A stretch of DNA of 63,908 nt, from IMG/VR virus record IMGVR_UViG_3300032087_005153, positions 1 to 63,908 of that record. One strand, 5' to 3'. The notes beneath the pieces are model-generated. The model made no database searches. It was not told the origin of the DNA and was given only the letters and a program-made list of their open reading frames with translations. The position numbers and the translations under genes were made by a program. Positions 49,733 to 59,260 of the stretch are shown here, piece by piece; positions within the stretch are counted from its first letter, which is position 1, and every line of letters starts with the position of its first letter. This DNA comes from a virus (Duplodnaviria > Caudoviricetes).

Positions 49733-50179
49733 CTATTTTTTTTGCTTGTTGAGGATTAATTCTATTACCCTGTCGCATTCTTTTTGATTTTGTGGTTTAT
49801 ATAAAGTATATTCAGGAAATTGCTCTGTAACTAATTTTTTAAATAGTTTCCATCTAATTGGAAAAGATTCATTAGCTCTACCTTTAGTTTCTATTATAAA
49901 ATTTTCACCTATAAAGTCTGGTGTATATTTAATTGGTAATATTCTTTTTTTCCCTCTATTTACCATTTCACCTTTACCATTAGCTTGTCTTTCATAAGCT
50001 TCATTTTCAAAATGAAAACCGTTTACAAGAACAAATGTTTCCCCTTCATATTTAGCTTTAATTTTTGCTTTCTTTAAGCCCATATACATATATCGTTCTA
50101 AGCCTGAAGCAAAATTATGCCCGTCATAACTAATTTTTTTAGCTCTAACGGGCCCTCTTTTTCTAATCTTCTTTCGCAT
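49733..50179 (-). CDS. T7 endonuclease I-like Holliday junction resolvase
   Basis: FASGLE...YE...YTPDF...IIETKG PD-(D/E)XK motif. Confidence 0.8.
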   Translation of the reverse strand: MRKKIRKRGPVRAKKISYDGHNFASGLERYMYMGLKKAKIKAKYEGETFVLVNGFHFENEAYERQANGKGEMVNRGKKRILPIKYTPDFIGENFIIETKGRANESFPIRWKLFKKLVTEQFPEYTLYKPQNQKECDRVIELILNKQKK

Positions 50180-50390
50180 CTCTTATATAACATTCTTCAA
50201 TCTCATCTCTTAATACCATACGTGCTTTTTCAAGATAGTTAACAGCATCCATTAATTCTTCTTGTAGGTGTTGTAACCATGTATCAAGAGGTTGATCATC
50301 ATCAGCTAAAGTAACTTTATACTTTTTAAATCCAACATCTGATCTGGATTTAATTTTATTTATTACTTGTTCAATTATTTTATCTCGCAT
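50163..50390 (-). CDS. Small all-alpha NTP pyrophosphatase-like protein
   Basis: G..KY...WLQHLQEELMDAVNY. Confidence 0.45.
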   Translation of the reverse strand: MRDKIIEQVINKIKSRSDVGFKKYKVTLADDDQPLDTWLQHLQEELMDAVNYLEKARMVLRDEIEECYIRDAKED

Positions 50391-51175
50391 TATAATGTGT
50401 CTTTTTGAAATGTACCATTTACCATTTTGCCAGTTCTATTAGATATTTCATCATAAGCAGACTGAATACAGCTTTCAATGTCGGTACCGACCAAGTTTGC
50501 GAGATTAGTAAGAACAACAACACTATCACCAATAGCGTCAATAATACCATCTCTATCATTTTTAAGTAACGCCTGGGCGAGTTCTCCTGATTCTTCATAT
50601 AATTTAATTAATTGCGTTTTAGGATCTCCTTTATCATAGATGCCACGCTTGTCTGCCCAGTCTCTAATGAGTCCAAATATGTTTTCTTTGTTGTACGTTG
50701 GCTGGGCCAAAAAAGCTTCATAAAAAGCTTTATTATAAATGAAGGAACGTTCATTGTTGTACATTGATTTTTTAGCATTACGTACAATCCATAATATAGA
50801 CTCTGAATTTAATTCAAATTCGCCTAAAGACGTATTCCATTTTAATCCTCTGTTCTTATTTAAAACAGCAGGTAACTCTGATTCCGGAAATGGAAATGTA
50901 GTTGTTTGCTCTGTTATATTTAATTTCATTTTTGATTTAAATAAATTTTTATACAATTGTCTATCTATCTTATATCCATAAGACTTTTGAAGTTCTATTT
51001 CCTTTTGAGATATATAATCTATATCATCAGAAGAATCAAGAACTTCATATTCATCAGGCTTATAGCCCTGCACCTGCGTAACTCTTTTATTAAGATTACG
51101 TGCAACGCCAATTTTTTTACCAGGAATATGATAAATATAATACATATTATTTATATAATTTATCGTACTTAGCAA
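50390..51175 (-). CDS. GIY-YIG-like N-terminus fused to MazG-like pyrophosphohydrolase
   Basis: YYIYHI..KIGV...R...E; C-terminal KLYEESGELA...DAIGD. Confidence 0.7.
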   Translation of the reverse strand: MLSTINYINNMYYIYHIPGKKIGVARNLNKRVTQVQGYKPDEYEVLDSSDDIDYISQKEIELQKSYGYKIDRQLYKNLFKSKMKLNITEQTTTFPFPESELPAVLNKNRGLKWNTSLGEFELNSESILWIVRNAKKSMYNNERSFIYNKAFYEAFLAQPTYNKENIFGLIRDWADKRGIYDKGDPKTQLIKLYEESGELAQALLKNDRDGIIDAIGDSVVVLTNLANLVGTDIESCIQSAYDEISNRTGKMVNGTFQKDTL

Positions 51176-51572
51176 CTACATAAATATATTCATCGCTTTC
51201 TGATATTCCAAAGCCTATATTAGTTGCTTCAGGATACATTATTTGATAATATGTTGAAAGATCATCTGTTGGTTCTAACATCCAATTTAAAGATGCCTCT
51301 AAAAGAACATCTTTATTTTTTTCTAATATATAATTTTTTGCAATTGAAAATATATTTTCTCCATATGTATCAGTACTTACTTTAAAAGTATCTGTTTCTG
51401 CCATATAATCTGCCCATTGTTGTGCATGTATTGCTAAATTATTATTATACGATAACGGTTGTAAATCATAATATGATCTTAACGTATTTTGAAATGATAA
51501 TGCATTATTATATTGCATTTGAGCAAAAGATAGTGTAGGTGCTAATAAAAGCGTAAAAATTAAATTTTTCAT
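51147..51572 (-). CDS. Secreted CAP (SCP) domain protein
   Basis: Signal peptide MKNLIFTLLLAPTLSFAQ; N..R...L.PL.Y...L...AQ.WA, GENI, IGFG; likely start 51572. Confidence 0.75.
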   Translation of the reverse strand: MKNLIFTLLLAPTLSFAQMQYNNALSFQNTLRSYYDLQPLSYNNNLAIHAQQWADYMAETDTFKVSTDTYGENIFSIAKNYILEKNKDVLLEASLNWMLEPTDDLSTYYQIMYPEATNIGFGISESDEYIYVVAKYDKLYK

Positions 51573-51657
51573 ATTTTTTTTATTTATTTGATTTATTATT
51601 TTATTACTTTCTTTACTTAAAAATTTTCCCATATAATTTGATTTTTGAAACCAAAGT

Positions 51658-52482
51658 TTAGACCGCGAGGGGTGCTTTGATTTGTCCGTGTGGCTCATAG
51701 TTATTTAATTTAAACATATTATTTGCTGGTATAAAGATAAAGTTTCCTGCCCCCTTTTCAACCTTTAAACCAAATTTTATTTCTAAAGTTGGTAACTTTT
51801 TAGGTTCTCTTGCTAATTGCAAGCTTGCTTGATCTAAATGATTATTATATAAATGACAATCACCTAATTGCCCAATCAATTGTCCAGCTTTATATCCATT
51901 GCCCTTAGCAAGCATTTCTAATAACAATCCGTACATAGCTATATCATAAGGCAAACCTAAAAATACATCAACAGATCTTTGTTGCCACATAAGATCCATA
52001 ATACCATTATTTATATATACTTGAAAACCATAATGACAAGGAGGCAATGCCATATCATTGAGATCAGCAGGATTCCAGGCATTAACCATAAGTCTTCTCG
52101 AAGACGGATTATCTTGAATGTCCAATAATAAAGATAACAATTGATCAGTCCCATTGAAATTTCTCCATTGATAACCGTATACTTTACCAAGAGTTCCATC
52201 AGTTCTGCCTGATGCTTCATAGTTGGGAGTCCAATAATTAACCCCATTGTCAGTAAGATATTTAATATCAGTCCTGCCCTGCAATATCCATAAAATCTCC
52301 GTAAGGGCAGCATTGAAATTGATTTTTTTGGTTGTAATAAGAGGAAAACCCAAAGCCATATCGTGACGGATTGTACGGCCAAATACAGATTTTGTACCAA
52401 CGCCCGTACGATCTTCTTTATCTTTACCGCTATGCCAGACTCCTGACAATAACCCTCTATATTCTTCATCTATATTTATCAT
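51658..52482 (-). CDS. thyA: Thymidylate synthase
   Basis: DRTGVGT, YGYQWR, MALPPCH, QRSVD, HLY.NH. Confidence 0.96.
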   Translation of the reverse strand: MINIDEEYRGLLSGVWHSGKDKEDRTGVGTKSVFGRTIRHDMALGFPLITTKKINFNAALTEILWILQGRTDIKYLTDNGVNYWTPNYEASGRTDGTLGKVYGYQWRNFNGTDQLLSLLLDIQDNPSSRRLMVNAWNPADLNDMALPPCHYGFQVYINNGIMDLMWQQRSVDVFLGLPYDIAMYGLLLEMLAKGNGYKAGQLIGQLGDCHLYNNHLDQASLQLAREPKKLPTLEIKFGLKVEKGAGNFIFIPANNMFKLNNYEPHGQIKAPLAV

Positions 52483-52729
52483 AATAATATTTACAAAAGT
52501 TATAATATTCTATCCAAATAGTATCTTTATCATATATACTTGGTGCTACATTTGGTTTTTCACCTTTTTTATAAGGTCCAATACTAATACCAATTCTCCA
52601 TTTATTAGGTTCATTTTTAATACCCAATGGTGAAATTCTTATATTATTTTTAATACAAAAGTCTCTTGCCTTTACTTCATCAGCATTAGGATTATAATAA
52701 GGCATCCAAGTTTCTTTTTTCTTTGCCAT
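52466..52729 (-). CDS. Hypothetical protein
   Basis: ORF coupled to primase-helicase. Confidence 0.65.
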   Translation of the reverse strand: MAKKKETWMPYYNPNADEVKARDFCIKNNIRISPLGIKNEPNKWRIGISIGPYKKGEKPNVAPSIYDKDTIWIEYYNFCKYYYDKYR

Positions 52730-54444
52730 TAATCCCAGGGCATTTTTTCTTCTTCACTTACTAAAGGTTCGTGCGGAATAAAACAGCCTGACTTTGGCTC
52801 CCATTTAAAATGAGCTTCAGCTCCGTTCTCACCTAAATTTTGAAATTTAACTTTAAGAACTTTTGCTTTAACTGTTTTATTATCGTAATCCCTGTGAACA
52901 AGAAGACCATGATAAGAAGCATCATACCACTCACCACCTCCTTTAATATTATACATAGTTGGTTCTTCAATTTTTCCATTTGAATCTTTATACATTTTTG
53001 TTGGATGTGCAACTACAATAACAAGGACATCAAATTTTTTAGCAAATATTTCAATTTTAGTAAGATATTCCATTGTATACCTATTAACATCCTCTGTTTT
53101 AGCATCAATGTCTCTAATCTTATTAAATGGATCTATTACTAAACATTTAATTCCTTTTCTTTTTACAAGCTCCGCTCCTTTCTTTAATACAGCTTCAAGC
53201 GTATATCGCTCCATATCTATAAAAAAGAAGTTGTCATTTACATGATTAGCTACTTGTTCCCACTTTTGACTACCTATTTCATGTTTGCCTGGCATTCCTT
53301 GCCATACTTTTCGCATGAGTTTATGAGCATGCAAATATGTTGGCGCATTTTCCGGTGAAGCAAAAGCCGTTTTCCAGCCGTAGTTAGCATTATATCCCAC
53401 AACCATTTGATCCACAAAGTCACTTTTACCGGAAGACGGAATACCAGTGACTGTAATAAACTGACCAGTGTAAGTTGAAAATATATTATCAAAATTTGAT
53501 AAACCCACTTGGTAGCCTTTTTTAAACCCATTTTGTACAAAATCTGTAATTTCTGCTTCAATGTCTTTGAATGTAGTGACATTTTCAAGTGGCACGGGTT
53601 TCGCTTTGGTAATACACTGTGCCAGTCTTTCTTTTCCATATTTTAATAAATATTCGTTTGCGTCTTTACAGTCTTCAAAGTTTGCTAAATAACAAACCTC
53701 AGCACCTAATCTTCTTATTAATTCTTGTTGTAAAGCTTGACCAGGTTCATCTTGATCAACAGCTAAAATTATTTTTTCTTTATCATTAAAATAATCTATA
53801 CAATTGTCAAGGTATTCTAAATTATTTGAATTTAATGTAGCTCCATTGGGGACAGATACTGCATTAGGTATACCAGCTTCATAAAAGCTAAGAACATCAA
53901 TCTCGCCTTCCACAATAATACAATATTCATAACCAATAATATTATTAATATTATAAAATATTTTTTCGGCCCCCTTATATAATTTAAAATTCTTTCTAGC
54001 ATCTCGGTATTTTACATTTATAAGATCATTACCTATGTAGTAATTAAAATGTATAGCATTTTCAGCTTTGCCAGTCTGCGGCATAAACTCAGGACCCTCA
54101 GTAACTTTTAAATCACTAAGGGTTTTTTGAGTTATTCCACGATCTTTAAACCATTCCTGAATTTTAGTTCCAGGTAATTCAACCTGTTTTGGTTCAGGCA
54201 TAACATAAACTTTACGAGCATCATTTTTACGTTGGTAAGTATGAAGCTGAAAAGTACTGTTACAATTGTGGCAAGTACCGAGACCCCGTTCCCAATCATA
54301 AGAAGCACACTTTTGTTTCTTATTTTCAGGTTTTCTATCAAATGAACACAGGGGACAAATCCCCTGCGTTTTTCCCACCTGTAGATCATACTGATTGAAT
54401 GTATCAATCAAGAATCCATTGATCTCCGTATTGTTTACTTGCAT
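52729..54444 (-). CDS. T7 gp4/Twinkle-like primase-helicase
   Basis: CPLC...CHNC zinc finger, TOPRIM EGEID and D.D..G, KDANE, GIPSSGKS, VIDP, VAHP. Confidence 0.93.
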   Translation of the reverse strand: MQVNNTEINGFLIDTFNQYDLQVGKTQGICPLCSFDRKPENKKQKCASYDWERGLGTCHNCNSTFQLHTYQRKNDARKVYVMPEPKQVELPGTKIQEWFKDRGITQKTLSDLKVTEGPEFMPQTGKAENAIHFNYYIGNDLINVKYRDARKNFKLYKGAEKIFYNINNIIGYEYCIIVEGEIDVLSFYEAGIPNAVSVPNGATLNSNNLEYLDNCIDYFNDKEKIILAVDQDEPGQALQQELIRRLGAEVCYLANFEDCKDANEYLLKYGKERLAQCITKAKPVPLENVTTFKDIEAEITDFVQNGFKKGYQVGLSNFDNIFSTYTGQFITVTGIPSSGKSDFVDQMVVGYNANYGWKTAFASPENAPTYLHAHKLMRKVWQGMPGKHEIGSQKWEQVANHVNDNFFFIDMERYTLEAVLKKGAELVKRKGIKCLVIDPFNKIRDIDAKTEDVNRYTMEYLTKIEIFAKKFDVLVIVVAHPTKMYKDSNGKIEEPTMYNIKGGGEWYDASYHGLLVHRDYDNKTVKAKVLKVKFQNLGENGAEAHFKWEPKSGCFIPHEPLVSEEEKMPWD

Positions 54445-54447
54445 ATT

Positions 54448-54768
54448 TTAAAATGGTAAGTCGTCCTCTTGTGCTACTGATTGAGCTTGCATTGATGCTT
54501 GCTGAGGTGCTTGGCCATCACGAGGTGGTGGAGATGGAAATTGTCCATTAGTCCAAACAACTTGAGCATTACCTAAATAAACTTTTTCTGTTTTAGCATC
54601 GCGTTCTTCTTTAGATTGCGATACAATAACAGGCCCTTGATTACCAAACTGATCAAGTTCATCATTTACAGTTATAGTAATAGGTAAGTATTTACCCTTT
54701 TTACCTTCGATAATTTTATCTTTAGGTATGTTACTTAAATTAATACTTGTTTTGATTATTCCAGCCAT
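54448..54768 (-). CDS. Putative single-stranded DNA-binding protein
   Basis: Beta-rich core, flexible tail ending EDDLPF. Confidence 0.7.
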   Translation of the reverse strand: MAGIIKTSINLSNIPKDKIIEGKKGKYLPITITVNDELDQFGNQGPVIVSQSKEERDAKTEKVYLGNAQVVWTNGQFPSPPPRDGQAPQQASMQAQSVAQEDDLPF

Positions 54769-54769
54769 T

Positions 54770-54937
54770 TTAATATGTAGCTAATTGATTAAACATTCTG
54801 CGTAACTGATCTTTATTTGCACCAGTCATGCGGCGTAGATTATCTACTGCTTTTACGTGGCTATGCCCATTGTAAAAATTGTTTTCACTTGTTGTAATTC
54901 CTGTTACATTGCAGGTTCTTTTTTTAGTACGTGCCAT
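54770..54937 (-). CDS. 55-aa hypothetical protein (not in ORF track)
   Basis: MARTKKRTCNVTG...; fills operon gap. Confidence 0.55.
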   Translation of the reverse strand: MARTKKRTCNVTGITTSENNFYNGHSHVKAVDNLRRMTGANKDQLRRMFNQLATY

Positions 54938-54948
54938 AATAAATAAAA

Positions 54949-55680
54949 TTAAAGTGTTTTAGTTAAAAAATATTGTGATGGATCGAATCCATCTGTCTTA
55001 TAGAATAACTCATAAACTTCAGTTGCTCTCTTTACTTTATCCAAACCAGTTTCATAAAACCTATCTGAACAATCAAAGATACCAATTTGATGCGTATTTT
55101 TATCTATAGCTATGAATAAAAAATCGTAATCAAACATTTTTCTATATATATATGCTTGACTATCATAATTATAACGATAAGCACTTGATTTAAATTTTGT
55201 AATATCATTAGTTGTTTTTAAATCAATTATTAGCTTTTCGCTATGGTTTATTATATCAGCTTTACCTTTCCACATATTGCCTTCTAATTCTACAATACCA
55301 GGTTGCTCATAATCATTATTTTCATTTTGAATAAATTCTTTACAAATAGAATTTGCAAATAATTTGTCTCGCATTACTTCTATCATATCAACTTCATGCT
55401 GTAATAAACAAAGCTCACCACCGGATAATTCTTTGTATACTTTTGTATTACGTGTTGAAGATTCTATAACCTTATATTTTTTTAATTTATCAGGCTCTAA
55501 AATGCATGTATGAAAATAACCCCCTATTAAAAAAGCTGAGCTAGATGGCGAAGGCCTTTTAAAATTTAACGGATTACTTAATAATACGGAAATGTCTGAA
55601 TTACTTAAATATTGACGACCAAATTTACCATAATAATTTTCGTCATCTTTAAGCTGTTCAATTATTTCACTTTGGTTCAT
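54949..55680 (-). CDS. PD-(D/E)XK exonuclease (RecE/exo VIII-like)
   Basis: LSNS, G..FH..ILEP, KGKAD, IDLKTT, YDSQAYIY. Confidence 0.85.
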   Translation of the reverse strand: MNQSEIIEQLKDDENYYGKFGRQYLSNSDISVLLSNPLNFKRPSPSSSAFLIGGYFHTCILEPDKLKKYKVIESSTRNTKVYKELSGGELCLLQHEVDMIEVMRDKLFANSICKEFIQNENNDYEQPGIVELEGNMWKGKADIINHSEKLIIDLKTTNDITKFKSSAYRYNYDSQAYIYRKMFDYDFLFIAIDKNTHQIGIFDCSDRFYETGLDKVKRATEVYELFYKTDGFDPSQYFLTKTL

Positions 55681-56206
55681 GTACTTTTAGTGTTAGTATG
55701 TCATCTGAGGACACATCATATTTACTCATTATTGCTTTTAATGCTCCCCCTGATTCCATAAAGCTAATTGCTTTTGTCCAATTATCCGTGCCTTTTATTA
55801 ATCTAGGTTTTGATTGCTTGCCATGCGTATTAGTTGCATCAGCATCAGCTGTATCATCTATTAACAATAAATTACCTAATGCATATTTTTTACCATAAGA
55901 AGATGCTGAACCAAATTGCTGAGGTACTTGCATTCCTTTTTGATTAAAATCTACACCAACTAAAGCTTTAGCTTCAATAAAGTTTGCACCCTCTATATCA
56001 AATATAGTAGCTACAGACTCTATAACGCCATCGCCTAGCCATGTCTCATTAACAGTAAAGTATACTTTATACTTTTTGTTAAATGGTTTAAGTGCTTCAA
56101 GGATGTCTTCGGCAGATCGGAAGTTATATTTGCCGAACGAGTTATATCGTGACTTTTTAGACTTAAACTCTTGTTGAATTAAACTTAATTTTTCGTGAAT
56201 TGTCAT
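55667..56206 (-). CDS. erf: ERF-family single-strand annealing protein
   Basis: NSFGKYNFRSAEDILEALKP, GSASSYGKKYAL.NLLLIDD. Confidence 0.85.
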   Translation of the reverse strand: MTIHEKLSLIQQEFKSKKSRYNSFGKYNFRSAEDILEALKPFNKKYKVYFTVNETWLGDGVIESVATIFDIEGANFIEAKALVGVDFNQKGMQVPQQFGSASSYGKKYALGNLLLIDDTADADATNTHGKQSKPRLIKGTDNWTKAISFMESGGALKAIMSKYDVSSDDILTLKVHEPK

Positions 56207-56247
56207 ACTATATATATTACGTGATTTGATTAAAATTTACTTGTAAC

Positions 56248-56979
56248 TTACATAAAATCAACTACTTGCGCTGGATCTACATTATCTATTAACTTATTAA
56301 TAGCATCACGTTTTATTTGTGATATGCGTACGTAAGCAGCTGTTCCTTCTATTTTTAATTTATCTGCAATTTCTTTGGCTGACATTTTATTACAATCTAA
56401 ACCGTAGCTCATTCTAAGTACATCATACTCCTTTATATTCAAGTGGGCTTCCATTATACCAAGAAGATATTTATTCATAATATCAATATTATATTCTTTT
56501 GTTTTATCTTCTATTTGTATAAACTTATCTTCATCATTATCAATACTTGAAAATATACTATTAAAAAATAATTCAATAGTTTTCTTCTCCTGCTCAGAAT
56601 TTTTTCGCATATCATTTAATTTATGTTCTGGTATACGAATATTGCCACGGTTTATATCGATTGCTCTGCGTATTGCACCTTTAATACGTTTAGATAAAAA
56701 GGATTTTAATGTCCGCTCAGGATCAGTTGAATCTGTAATAGTATCCCAGTCAATCCGATCAACAGCGTATATTAATCCTATTGAACCCTCTTGTATTAAA
56801 TCATTTATACTTAACACTCCTGATGCTTGATCAGATGTTGAAAATTTTCTTGCTATTGTTTCTACGAGTGGTAAGTTTTCTATTATTGTTTTTTCTCTTT
56901 CGTTCTGAATGTCTCTTGCTAGTGATTTGTCAAGGTCGTTTTTATATCTTACATAGTTTTGTATATTATATTTCTTCAT
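56248..56979 (-). CDS. Phage RNA polymerase sigma factor (sigma70 family)
   Basis: Region 2 ENLPLVETIARKF...DLIQEGSIGLIYAVD; region 4 VLRMSYGL...KEIA..L...VRISQIKRDAINKL. Confidence 0.9.
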   Translation of the reverse strand: MKKYNIQNYVRYKNDLDKSLARDIQNEREKTIIENLPLVETIARKFSTSDQASGVLSINDLIQEGSIGLIYAVDRIDWDTITDSTDPERTLKSFLSKRIKGAIRRAIDINRGNIRIPEHKLNDMRKNSEQEKKTIELFFNSIFSSIDNDEDKFIQIEDKTKEYNIDIMNKYLLGIMEAHLNIKEYDVLRMSYGLDCNKMSAKEIADKLKIEGTAAYVRISQIKRDAINKLIDNVDPAQVVDFM

Positions 56980-57583
56980 TTAATAATATCTTTTCATTCT
57001 TAATCTCATCTGTTATATTTCTATATACAGTACGAGTGGACACATTTAATACTTTAGCCACTTTAGCAATAGTTATTTTTTTATTACTTTCGTGGATATG
57101 GAGCATGGCCTCATAAATATCTGGTGCATCGGCTTTCTTTTTCTTACCGATCATTTTACCAACTATACTTAATTTTTCATGCGTCTGTAATCCTGAATGT
57201 TCTTTAAATATTATTTTTCTTATTTTGTTTTTGGGCGGCTCTTCAAGATCCATTTCAAAAACTTCATCTACCAGATTTTTAATTGACGCTTTAGATAAAG
57301 ATATAGTTATAAAACCATTTTCTTTATCTGCAAGATAATACGACAATTCCAATATATCATCATAAGTAAGAGAAAAATTTAAATACCATAATACAAGTAC
57401 ATGCCACTTAAATGATTTGTAAGACGTTATTTTAGCCTTACTTCTGAAGAGCTCATAACATTCGTACGTACCATCTTGATAAAAATCGCCCCAACTGAAT
57501 GATTCAGAAGGAGCGTCAGTAATTGGTCCGCGTCGATATATGATGCGTCTTCGATTTAAATAATCAAGTTTTCTATGCGACAT
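56966..57583 (-). CDS. DNA-binding protein with C-terminal HTH (regulator or replication initiator)
   Basis: ITIAKVAKVLNVSTRTVYR helix-turn-helix. Confidence 0.7.
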   Translation of the reverse strand: MSHRKLDYLNRRRIIYRRGPITDAPSESFSWGDFYQDGTYECYELFRSKAKITSYKSFKWHVLVLWYLNFSLTYDDILELSYYLADKENGFITISLSKASIKNLVDEVFEMDLEEPPKNKIRKIIFKEHSGLQTHEKLSIVGKMIGKKKKADAPDIYEAMLHIHESNKKITIAKVAKVLNVSTRTVYRNITDEIKNEKILLNEEI

Positions 57584-57622
57584 TAGCCTGTTACTTATAT
57601 TATTTTATTTGCTATCGTCACA
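57576..57622 (-). promoter_or_regulatory. Imperfect palindromic operator/origin-like element, copy 2
   Basis: - strand TGTGACGATAG-(AT-rich)-AGGCTAATGTCGCA, overlapping the ATG of the HTH gene. Confidence 0.6.
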
Positions 57623-57708
57623 CTCTGGTCCGATGATTTCATAAAGGATCTCTAAATCCTCTAATTCAGCTGGTGTGATATGGTTTAATAAATTTTTTGT
57701 TTTACCCA

Positions 57709-57909
57709 TTATAATAAAACTAATTTTAAATATTTTTGGTATTCTTTCATGCGACTACTAATACTTTGTAGTTCTTTAACTTTTTTATTTAATTCTTTAC
57801 CTTTAAGTTCATCAATATTTTTTGCTTTTTGAGTTAATCTCATATGCAATGTAAATATATGACTTTGAATTTTGCTTACGTGTTTACTTTTTCGGCGTTT
57901 TAGAATCAT
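57709..57909 (-). CDS. Hypothetical protein
   Basis: Basic helical ORF. Confidence 0.55.
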   Translation of the reverse strand: MILKRRKSKHVSKIQSHIFTLHMRLTQKAKNIDELKGKELNKKVKELQSISSRMKEYQKYLKLVLL

Positions 57910-58158
57910 AATTTTTTGGTTTAGTTAAACTTTTTATATTCTCTGCTATGCCCCTATAGTTAGAAGTTTGCAGGTGTTTATATAGTTTATAGCTCATTTA
58001 ATATAATTCTTTAAATTCAATTGGTACATCTGGTGGATAATATTTAAGTATATCCGCTATTGTTTTATCTTGTACGTGATCAGGCACCTCAAGATTAATT
58101 AAATAATCAAATTTAGTGTCCTTATAAAATATATTGAGTACGCCCATTGATGGCTTTT

Positions 58159-58434
58159 TCATAATCTTTCTATTTTTGCTCTGATTATACGAATCTTATT
58201 TTTAAGTATATTTGCTTTTTCATATTGTTCTTCTTTTACATAAATGTTAAGAAGTTCTTCAAGCTTTATAAGTTCAAAATGTAAGTATTCAGATTCGTCT
58301 ACTGTTTTTGAATTGCCAAACTCATCGCTAACAATATAAGTATGATTTTCTTTTTCAAACTTTTCTTGTTGCTTCATTAGTCTTTCAAATAATGCGTCAG
58401 CAATTTTATTTATATCTTCGTCAGATAAATTCAT
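58159..58434 (-). CDS. Protein with C-terminal UVR-like coiled coil
   Basis: VKEEQYEKANILKNKI resembles UvrB/UvrC motif. Confidence 0.5.
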   Translation of the reverse strand: MNLSDEDINKIADALFERLMKQQEKFEKENHTYIVSDEFGNSKTVDESEYLHFELIKLEELLNIYVKEEQYEKANILKNKIRIIRAKIERL

Positions 58435-58461
58435 GCGGTTCTTATTATATTACTATTAATT

Positions 58462-58644
58462 TTACTTATTTAACAATTCGTAGATTTCTGTTTTAGTATT
58501 AACTATTTCAGAAGCGGCTTGTATAATTTCGTGTATAGCAACACATTCGTCATCTGATAATGGGCGGTTTTCAAAGTTAGTTGTCTGTAAACCATGCACA
58601 AAGTGCCATATATCTTCAGCTGTTTCAACTATATTATTTATCAT
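58462..58644 (-). CDS. Hypothetical protein
   Basis: ORF in operon. Confidence 0.55.
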   Translation of the reverse strand: MINNIVETAEDIWHFVHGLQTTNFENRPLSDDECVAIHEIIQAASEIVNTKTEIYELLNK

Positions 58645-58861
58645 GTGTAAAGCTATAATTCCTTAATATATATTTATTTATAAAACTACCAACAGATTCA
58701 GAATATTTCATACTTAAAAATGTTTCTGGTGAAACTTTATGGTAATTATATTTTGCTCCGTTGTCAAAGGTAAGCTTTAATATCCTATTGTCATAATTAT
58801 AATTAGCTTTTTTTATAGCTTTTGAATTTACGTGTACTGTTTCTTTTGTTAATTTAATCAT
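58634..58861 (-). CDS. KTSC-domain protein
   Basis: V.S.AI....Y...L.LTF.NG..Y.Y..V.......SES.GSFIN.YI. Confidence 0.85.
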   Translation of the reverse strand: MIKLTKETVHVNSKAIKKANYNYDNRILKLTFDNGAKYNYHKVSPETFLSMKYSESVGSFINKYILRNYSFTHDK

Positions 58862-59258
58862 TTTTATTAATATTTAGTTTATCTTCTATTACACTTATTC
58901 TTTCTAAAACTTTATCAAAAGTCATATCTATATTTTCTTCACGGCCCGGTTTGATATAATATATATCTAAATGTTTAGATATTTTATCATATACGTCATA
59001 CATATATGGGTCATATCTAGCTTCAGTCTCAAATTTTTTAAGACCATTGATAACTGTAGCGTGGTCACGATTAACAACATTGCCTATACGAGCTAAGCTT
59101 GCATATCTACAATATTTTCTAGCTAATTTAAAGTATATAAAACGAGCTTGTGACATATGCCGTGTACGATCTTTAACTGATATATCTTTTAAATCTAATT
59201 CTTTTTGAACCATATTTAAAATCTTTTCAGGTCTTGCTAATTTTTCTGGTGTTTCCAT
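58854..59258 (-). CDS. DnaA domain IV-like (C-terminal HTH) protein
   Basis: R......AR.IY..LAR......SLARIG..V.RDHATVING. Confidence 0.8.
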   Translation of the reverse strand: METPEKLARPEKILNMVQKELDLKDISVKDRTRHMSQARFIYFKLARKYCRYASLARIGNVVNRDHATVINGLKKFETEARYDPYMYDVYDKISKHLDIYYIKPGREENIDMTFDKVLERISVIEDKLNINKND

Positions 59259-59260
59259 AT

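Noticed and set aside
3590-56830. Numerous antisense or out-of-frame ORFs in the track (e.g. 16573-17175, 46513-46932, 52011-52469)
   Set aside because: They lie inside well-supported genes and show no motifs of their own
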